In this document: in pieces, positions 53,021 through 61,630 of the stretch
Numbering within the stretch: position 1 is the first letter of the stretch
Layout: every line of letters begins with the position of its first letter
NCBI RefSeq assembly: GCF_006345805.1
Contig: NC_043012.1
Location: 29,884,001-29,948,000 of the forward strand
Length of the DNA: 64,000 nucleotides
Reading direction: 5' to 3'
DNA from: Octopus sinensis
Lineage: Eukaryota
The notes under the pieces: model-generated
What the model was told of the DNA's origin: nothing
Databases searched by the model: none
What the model saw: the letters and a program-made list of their open reading frames with translations, nothing else
Position numbers and translations under genes: made by a program

Positions 53021-53066
53021 ATTTTTGATAAGGTTCGTTTTTTTCAAGAACCGAAACATGTAAAAT
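53021..53066 (+). ncRNA. Minimal type-I hammerhead with U3-A8 core, family D (3' pLTR)
   Basis: Identical to the 48778-48823 copy. Confidence 0.75.
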
Positions 53067-53368
53067 TCATAAGAAAATTAAAATTTATCTAATATAGTGG
53101 CAGTTTCAAACTTCTTTTTTACAAATATATATATATATATATTATATATATATGGGGTGGTGATCCCTGCTGTACTCTTTTACCACTCTTTCTTCTGTTG
53201 GCCTGCTTGCTTAGCGAGCGGGGCGGCGTCATTCGAAGGCTAAAACAATGCGAACGCATTGTGACCAGCAATGTGTAACATCTGATGGTCTGGTCGGTCA
53301 CGTAATATTTATATATATATATATAAATAGTACATTATATATACATATATATATAGTACATTATATAT

Positions 53369-53425
<57 letters not shown>

Positions 53426-53695
53426 ATTATATATACATATATATATAAATAATGAGGGAGATAAATTAATATTAATTTAAAACCAGTAGTCTAGCATACA
53501 AAAATCTGAAAAATCAGAGAAAATTCTAATACATGTGTATATTGACAGGGCAAGCCGCTAGGTAGTTGGCCGTATGCTAGAAATAGATCATCAACGATGA
53601 AACTACAAAGAATGTTCTCTAGAAGAAAATTCAGCGAACACCAGAAACAAATTAGGCGGGCAAGACAGATGAAAATTTATATAAAAAACAGAATT

Positions 53696-53774
53696 AATCG
53701 CATACCTCGGTTTCAACTATTAACAAAAGAATTACTTGCATAATTCAAATGTCCGTAGTCTCATCAGTACGATC
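53696..53774 (-). ncRNA. Type-I hammerhead with canonical core, family E
   Basis: GATCGTA-CTGATGA-GACTA(37-nt loop)TAGTT-GAAA-CCGAGG-T-A-TGCGATT; 7-bp stem I; GUA triplet. Confidence 0.8.
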
Positions 53775-53833
53775 GTTCAGAACAAATGTAATCTTCAAAA
53801 CTAACCCCAGCTTTCTGTGCCAAAACAGACAGG

Positions 53834-54052
53834 TGTTTAGTTTTACCGATTACATTAGGGATAAATTCCAAATGTCTTAGTTCTGGCGCGCTAAAAATTC
53901 CTGAAGCGAAGAACTGCAGTAAATAATTTACTGTGGTTAGCGCTGGCTACATATTTATTTCAATATTTAAACAATCGTACTTTAGAAATTTTTAGCGTGC
54001 CAGAGCTAAGACATTTGAAATTTATCCCTAATATAATCGGTAAAACTAAACA
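53834..54052. mobile_element. MITE with about 65-bp TIRs
   Basis: TGTTTAGTTTTACCGATTA.ATTAGGGATAAATT / AATTTATCCCTAAT.TAATCGGTAAAACTAAACA. Confidence 0.8.
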
Positions 54053-54118
54053 TATATGTATATATATATATATATGTATGTATATATAGTATGTATATAT
54101 ATGTATATATATCTGTGT

Positions 54119-54158
<40 letters not shown>

Positions 54159-54255
54159 GTATATATCTCTGTGTATATATATACTGTATGTATATATATG
54201 TATGTTTATATATGTATATATATCTGTGTATATAGATAATGTAAATATATATATG

Positions 54256-54288
<33 letters not shown>

Positions 54289-54410
54289 GTATATATATCT
54301 GTATATTATATATATATATGTATTAGAGATATATATATAGGTATATAATATATATTATGTATATATATATAATGTATATATATATATGTGATATATATAT
54401 ACTATATATG

Positions 54411-54441
<31 letters not shown>

Positions 54442-54501
54442 GTAGCTATTATATATAATATATATATATATATATATATGTATAATATATATGTATATAT
54501 G

Positions 54502-54532
<31 letters not shown>

Positions 54533-54867
54533 GTATATATATATAATAGATATTAAATAGTTATCGCCATACTAATATGGCAGTCTATAAATAAAGCTGT
54601 CTCTGATTAGCTCCAAGAGGCCATCGCCTCTAGCTAGCAATATGACACACGAACCTGCGTCCATTACAACCTTTGAACAGGGGAGGTCAGCCGCTTCACC
54701 TTGCTAGTCAGACATCTGCAGTCATGTTTCTGGGTTGTTGCCCTTTATCAATGCAGCGTAGTCCAGAACCAGCAGGTGTCGCTACTGACCGTCTGTTCGA
54801 AGATTTTATTTACCTAGTTACAGTGGAATATATACACATATATATATATATACACATATATATATAT

Positions 54868-54928
<61 letters not shown>

Positions 54929-54936
54929 TATATACG

Positions 54937-54967
<31 letters not shown>

Positions 54968-55184
54968 TACGTATATTAATATACATATATTATAATGTAT
55001 ACATATATATAGTATATACATATATGTATACATATATATGTATACATATATATATTGTATACATATATATATATACATATATATATATGTATACATATAT
55101 ATATACATATATATATATGTATACATATATATTATATGTATACATACAATATATATATATATACATTATATATATTATATATAC

Positions 55185-55219
<35 letters not shown>

Positions 55220-55314
55220 CATAATATATATATACATATATATATATATATCAATATATATAATATATATCATATACTTATATATATATATAATACATAT
55301 AATATAATGTATAC

Positions 55315-55345
<31 letters not shown>

Positions 55346-55362
55346 ATATATACATATATATA
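54053..55362. repeat. Degenerate (TA)n/(TATG)n arrays interrupted by a non-microsatellite block at about 54556-54830
   Basis: Direct inspection; source of the spurious IYIY ORFs. Confidence 0.9.
54716..54756 (-). ncRNA. Hammerhead-like motif with U3-A8 core, family F (U16.1 mutated to A)
   Basis: CTGCA-TTGATAA-A-GGG(caacaa)CCC-A-GAAA-CATG-A-C-TGCAG; perfect 5-bp stem I. Confidence 0.6.
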
Positions 55363-56032
55363 TCTCTTATAAAAGGCAGATTTTATCTGCCTCCTTTTGG
55401 GAGTTATAGAAATCTACAATATAGGATTTCTTCAATTACAATTGTACCTAGCATTTTTGAGAGTACAATGCATCGCGTCATGCCAGGTCCAGTTTTTAAA
55501 ATTTAAACTCCAATTAAGCAAAATTTACAGAAAACTCACATTCTGGTGTGTGTGTCAAATGCTTTTCTTAGTCTGGTTTACACCACATGCAAACGCACAC
55601 ACACAGTGGGCAACGAATAAAATGAAAGTAAATAGCGACAGAGTGATTTGAGGAAGACTAAAGTGAAAGTATTCTGTCTATGACGCTGATAGATACATGA
55701 GTAAAATGTATGGGAAGCTAAGAGCTAAGAGTGAGTGAAAATGTTCTTGGAAGAGAGTAATCTCTTATTATAAAAGGCAGATTTTATCTGCCTCCCTTTG
55801 GGAGTTATACAAATCTACAATATAGGATTTCTTCAATTACAATTTACCTTGCATTTTGAAGAGTACAATGCGTCGCGTCATGCCAGGTCCAGTTTTTAAA
55901 ATTTAAACTCCAGTTAAGCAAAATTTACAGAAAACTCACATTCTGGTGTGTGTGTGTCAAATGCTTTTCTTAGTCTGGTTTACAGCACACGCAAACACAC
56001 ACACACAGTGGGCAACGAATAAAATGAAAGTA
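55363..56032 (+). mobile_element. Two tandem 5' portions of a non-autonomous Helitron-like element
   Basis: A|TCTCTTA..TAAAAGGCAG starts at 55363 and 55761; about 270 bp of shared sequence. Confidence 0.55.
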
Positions 56033-56260
56033 ATTGACTTACTGTAGTGAGTGATTCTTTCACTCTGCCTCCCACTTCCTCTTTCCACACAGACACGCAA
56101 ATATATAAATAAAATTGTAAGCTAACGTGCGTGGGTGTATGTGGGTGTGCGCGTGTGTGTGTGTGAGGGTGCGTGTGTGTGTGTGTGTGTGCGTGTGCGT
56201 GAGTGTGTGACAGGAAAGTTTTTTTACGACGAATATAACACCTATATCCATGTAGCAGAA

Positions 56261-56633
56261 AGATAAGACAGTAAGGTGTGATTTGAGGGAGATTTGGCTG
56301 CTATTTCTACCATGTCTACCTGCCATGTAGGGGTCTCCCTCATAGGCTCATACATACATATATACATAGATAAGACAGTAAGGTGTGATTTGGGGGAAAT
56401 TTGGCTGCTATTTCTACCAGGTCTAGCTGCCATGTAGGGGTCTCCCTCATAGGCTCATACATACATATATACATAGATAAGACAGTAAGGTGTGATTTGG
56501 GGGAATTTGGCTGCTATTCTACCAGGTCTAGCTACCATGTAGAGGTCCCCCTCATTGGCTCATATATATATACATACATAAGACAGTAAGGTGTGATTTG
56601 AGGGAGATTTGGCTGCTGTTTCTACCAGGTCTG
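56261..56633. repeat. About 3.5 tandem units of a 107-bp repeat
   Basis: AGATAAGACAGTAAGGTGTGATTTG starts at 56261, 56368, 56475 and about 56577. Confidence 0.9.
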
Positions 56634-56991
56634 TTAGGCCTTCTCATGTAAACTCAAGCTTTCTCATGCCTTCAACATATGACAAAGCTGAGAATGTATT
56701 CTTTTATTCTTCTGCTTTTTCAGCCATTGGTCTGTGGCCATGCTGGGGCAATGCCTTGAAGAATTGTAGTTTAATGAATCAACTCCAGTTTTATTTTTGT
56801 AAGCATTGTACTTATTCTATCTGTTTCCTTTGTCAAACCACTAGGTGACAGGGATGTAAACAAACCAACATTCATTGTCAAGCAGTGGTGGAGGACAATC
56901 ACAAGCACAGACACGCACACACACACACATACATGCATACACATATACACACATACATACATACATATATATATATGTATGTATATATATA

Positions 56992-57249
56992 TTGCAGCGT
57001 GGAAGGTGTTTGTAAGCCATTTAAGAAACACACAAAAACCGTTACATTCACTTCAACATTTAAATTTAATTTGCCAAAATATTTTCGTTGCTTTCAGACC
57101 GCGACCTGTTCACTGACAAAAATATCGTGCTAACAGGTCGCGGTCTCAAAGCGACGAAAATATTTTCACAAATTAATTTAAATGTTGAAGTGAATCTAAC
57201 GGTTTTTGTGTGTTTCTTAAATGGCTTATAAACACCTTCAACGCTGCAA
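56992..57249. mobile_element. 258-bp palindromic element (about 118-bp arms) carrying hammerhead family G
   Basis: TTGCAGCGT.GAAGGTGTTT...GACCGCGACCTGTT / AACAGGTCGCGGTC...AAACACCTTC.ACGCTGCAA. Confidence 0.85.
57072..57118 (-). ncRNA. Minimal type-I hammerhead with G3-C8 core, family G
   Basis: TGTCA-GTGAACA-G-GTCGC(ggtctgaaa)GCAAC-GAAA-ATATT-T-TGGCA; palindrome AATATT; the opposite arm (57131-57170) keeps a perfect GTCGC/GCGAC stem II. Confidence 0.65.
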
Positions 57250-57408
57250 CTGTTTTCGTTCCAGCACACGATCTCAGATCAAGTCACTTGCTATGCAAGT
57301 ACATCTCTGTAACTATATATTATTTATATATATATATATGTATATTGGTAAAAACAGTAAGATAACAAAAGAAAGAAAGAGACCTCAATATTATGTAAAT
57401 AGAGGAAA

Positions 57409-57802
57409 TCTTTATATATAAAAGTGAGGTTGTGTGTCTGTCTCCTACGATTTAGATTCCTAACTACTCCCACATTTTGCGGTGCAGTTTAACCAAAACC
57501 GGGTATCTTATAGTCGTGATTCATATCGAGACCGTCTGGGTATTAGCGCGCGTCTACGATGAGTCTACGATTTAAAAAAAATTTACCATCAATTTTTCCC
57601 ATTTTTAATCCATTTTTGACATATATAAGGGAAGTAACTCTCTAAAATTTATTATTAAATCTCAGAACGTAAAAAGCTACAGTAACACCCCTCCCCCTTT
57701 GTGGTTAGCCATATTGAGATGGCTATTATACTTTACATCTCTAAAAATGCTTATATAATTATTTCCCTTACAAATCCGAGCAACGCCGGGCGATACTGCT
57801 AG
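57409..57802 (+). mobile_element. Non-autonomous Helitron
   Basis: A|TC start, GAGCAACGCCGGGC subterminal GC-rich motif, CTAG|T end. Confidence 0.85.
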
Positions 57803-57849
57803 TTAGTAATAAAGTAAACATACACTCATACATACATACATACATACAT

Positions 57850-57884
<35 letters not shown>

Positions 57885-58075
57885 TACACACACACACATA
57901 CACACACACATACATACATACACACATATACATACATACATACACACACACACATACACACACACACAGTATTGAAGCTTGAGAACAATCAGATACATTT
58001 GCAACACATCTGTTGAAAATATTATTGTTCACACACATACATATACATATATACATACAGACAGACAGACAGATA

Positions 58076-58110
<35 letters not shown>

Positions 58111-58184
58111 CACACACACACATGATCCAGCATGGCCACAACCTCAAGGCTGAAACATATAAAAGAATAACAGAATATAAATGT

Positions 58185-58545
58185 GTGCAAAGTACAAGAA
58201 ATATTAATGCAGTATATGGGGATTGGACAATAAGTGTAAGGCAGTGTCAATGGTGGTTCCAGAAATCCTGAACCATAAACTACAGCCTAGAAGACGAGCC
58301 TCATCCTGAAAGATCTGTAGAACTCGACAAGGACATCCTGAAAACCCTGGTGGAACAAAATATCATCGTAACTGTTGAGGAACTAGCAGAGAAGCTTGGA
58401 TTTGGTCATTCAACCATTCATTGAGACCCGTGTGCTATCGGAAAAGTCAGCAAATTGGGTCAATGGGTTCCTCACGAACTTTCCGAGTCTAATTGCATGC
58501 AGAGAGTGAATGTATGCTTTTCTTTGCTGTCACATCTCACCACTA
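58185..58545 (+). mobile_element. mariner transposase fragment
   Basis: INAVYG..ISVRQCQWWFQK...LEDEPHPERSVELD...VEELAEKLG..HSTIH...KLGQWVPHELS. Confidence 0.8.
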
Positions 58546-58559
58546 CTGCGCTATGTATA

Positions 58560-59080
58560 TCTATATATATAAAACTGTAGTTGTGTGAGTGTCTGTCCCC
58601 TTTGATTTAGATTCCTAACTACTCCCACATTTTGCGGTACAGTTTAACCAAATTCGGGTATCTTATAGTCGTGATTCATATCGAGCCCGTCTGAATATTA
58701 GCGCGCGTCTACGATGAGTCTACGATTTTAAAAATAATTTAACATCATTTTTTATTCCATTTTAATGCATAATTTTTCGTATGTCGATGGCGGCGGAGTT
58801 GGCGTCCACGCTCACACCTGCACCTGTGGGGAAGGGAGTGTAAGGAAATCAACGTCGTAATGCGTTGTCAAGGAGACCAGTGTTCTTTTAGAACAACGAC
58901 TTCATGGCTTGAAGACACCAAAACAGAAATGGCTAAGAAAGCATCTACATGAGTCTACGATTTAAAAAAAAATTTACCATCGTTTTTTTTCAATTTTAAT
59001 GCATTTTTTCGCTATTATATAAGGGAAGTAACTCTCTAAAAATGTCTACAAACCCGAGCAACGCCGGGCGATACTGCTAG
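58560..59080 (+). mobile_element. Non-autonomous Helitron (same family as 57409-57802)
   Basis: A|TC...CCCGAGCAACGCCGGGCGATACTGCTAG|T; shared body. Confidence 0.85.
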
Positions 59081-59094
59081 TATATATATAAAAA

Positions 59095-59405
59095 TACAGG
59101 TCCAGATACTGCAACAGCTTGGATTTCAGAGGACCACAGCTCTTTAACATCCTCCCTAAATGCCTGAGAGACTTACATGGTGTGGATGTGGGTTTCTTTA
59201 AAACTAAACTGGATCTCTTCTTGTCGGGAGTCCCAGATGAACCTACCTCACGACAGGAGACGCAGATGCGGGCAGCAGCATCGAACTCCCTTGTTGATCA
59301 AGTGCCACGTATCAGAGGTGGATTCACATATAAGTGTAGCTCATTCAGCGGTGGTGCCCCAGCATGGCCGCGGCCTTCACGGTAAAACATTTTTAAGGAT
59401 TTAAG

Positions 59406-59406
<1 letters not shown>
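59095..59406 (+). mobile_element. CR1/L2-type LINE 3' fragment
   Basis: NSLDFRGPQLFNILPKCLRDLHGVDVGFFKTKLDLFLSGVPDEP; GGTGCCCCAGCATGGCCGC tail. Confidence 0.85.
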
Positions 59407-59445
<39 letters not shown>

Positions 59446-59462
59446 CATATATATATACACAT

Positions 59463-61592
59463 ATCATCATCATCATCATCATCATCGTTTAGCATCCGTT
59501 TTCCATGCTAGCATGGGTTGGAAGGTTCAACTGGGGTCTGTGAAGCTAGAAGGCTTCATCAGGCCTAGTCAGATCTGGCAGTGTTTCTACGGCTGAATGC
59601 CCTTCCTAACGCCAACCACTCCGTGAGTGTAGTGGGTGCTTTTTACGTGCCACCCGCACTGGTGCCAGACAGAGCTGGCAAACGGCCACGAACGGATGGT
59701 GCTTTTTATGTGCCACCGGCACAAGGGCCAGGCGAGGCTGGCAACGGACACGAAACGGGGCGGTGCTGGCAACGGTCGCGAAACGGAAAGTTCTCTTACA
59801 TGCCACCGGCACTGGTAACACATCTGCAATTTCCATTGATCGATTTCCATTGATCGATTTCGATTCTGATCCTCACTTGCCTCAATGGGTCTTCACAAGC
59901 AGAGTTTCGACATGCCACCGGCACTGGTAGCACATCCGCAATTCCATTGATCGATTTCGATTCTGATCCTCACTTGCCTCAACACGTCTTCACAAGTAGA
60001 GTTTTGTGTCCCAAGAAGGGAAGGTATGCATACGTAGGCTGGCTCCATCCCATGTAGAAGGCCACGGGTTGTGGACTCACTTGTCCTGCCGGGTCTTCTC
60101 GCGCACAGCACACTTCCAGAGGTCTCGGTCTCTAGTCATTTCCTCAGTGAGACCTAAAGTTCGAAGGTCGTGCTTCACCACCTCGTCCCAGGTTTTCCTG
60201 GGTCTGCCTCTTCCACAGGTTCCCTCAACCGCTAGGGTGTGGCACTTTTTCACACAACTATCTTCATCCATTCTCGCCACATGACCATACCAGCGCAAAC
60301 GTCTCTCTTGCACACCACAACTGATGCTTCTTAGGTCCAGCTTTTCTCTCAAGGTACTTACACTCTGCCGAGTGTGAGTACCGGCATTACACATCCATCG
60401 GAGCATACTGGCTTCATTTCTAGCGAGCTTACGCATATCCTCAGCAGTCACGGCCCATGTTTCACTGCCATGTAGCATGGCTGTTCGTACACACGCATCA
60501 TACAGTCTGCCTTTCACTCTGTGCGAGAGGCCTTTTGTCACCAGCAGAGGTAAGAGCTCTCTGAACTTTTCCCAAGCTATTCTTACTCTAGCAGTTACAC
60601 TTTCAGCACACCCACCCCCGCTGCCGACTTGGTCACCTAGGTAACGGAAACTATCAACTATTTCTAGTTTTTCTCCCTGGAAGTGACGGAAGTTGGTCTC
60701 AGAGCATTTTCAGTGTTTATTGTTCCTGAGCATCTGCCACATACAAAAACCATCTTCCTAGTTAGCCTTCTTTGACATTGCTGCATCTCTTATGTGTCCA
60801 TAGCTTACACTTGGTGCATCTTATAGAGTTTCTACCTACACCTTTTTTACAGATCGAGCAGGGCCATCTACCTGAAGGTGTTTGTGATTTGTCTACCTTC
60901 CTACTGATTACGACTTTGGTTTTAGCTAGATTGACTCTGAGGCCCTTCGATTCTAATCCTTGTTTCCACACCTGAAACTTCTCCTCCAGTTCTGATAGCG
61001 ACTCAGCAATTAGAGCAAGGTCATCAGCATAGAGGAGCTCCCAAGGGCATCCTGTCTTGAATTCCTCCGTTATTGCCTGGAGGACTAAGATAAATAGGAA
61101 GGGGCTGAGTACTGAGCCTTGGTGGACCCCTACCTCTACCTGGAATTCTTCACTGTACTCATTTCCAACCCTCACCCTACTAGCGGCGTCCCTATACATG
61201 GCCCGCACAGCTCTCACTAACCATTCATCTATCCCTAGTTTTCTCATTGCCCACCAGATAAGGGATCGGGGGACCCTGTCGAAGGCTTTCTCCATGTCAA
61301 CAAAAGCCAGGTACAGGGGCTTATCTTTGGCTAGGTATTTCTCCTGCAGCTGCCTTACCAGGAATATAGCATCAGTAGTACTTTTCCCTGGCACAAACCC
61401 AAACTGCATCTCATCTAAACTAACTCTCTCTCTAATTAGTTGGGCTATGACCCTCTCCGTAACCTTCATCACCTGGTCCAACAGCTTGATACCTCTGTAG
61501 TTATTTGTATCTAGGGCATCACCTTTACCTTTGTAGCAGTTGACTATTATACTGCTACACCAGTCATTGGGTATGACCCCTTTGTGTATCAC
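59463..61592 (-). mobile_element. RTE-clade LINE, 5'-truncated copy A (two 1-bp deletions near 60681 and 60745)
   Basis: NYRGIKLL, QFGF, FVDMEKAFDRVP, GVHQGSVLSP, LLYADD, RRLRWYGH, RGRPRKTW; (ATG)n tail. Confidence 0.95.
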
Positions 61593-61630
61593 ATATATAT
61601 ATATATATATATAGTACATTATATATACAT

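Larger units (their letters stand above)
47858..53131 (+). mobile_element. Penelope-like retroelement with direct pseudo-LTRs (47858-48888 and 52100-53131)
   Basis: About 1.03-kb direct repeats containing the endonuclease tail and 3' UTR flank ORF1 and the RT/GIY-YIG ORF; inserted in (TA)n. Confidence 0.93.

Noticed and set aside
56261-56633. CRISPR-like regular repeat
   Set aside because: Whole units are repeated with no unique spacers, and the context is eukaryotic
147-58250. Many [16 protein letters not shown] ORFs in the ORF track
   Set aside because: Translations of (TA)n, (CA)n and (GA)n microsatellites
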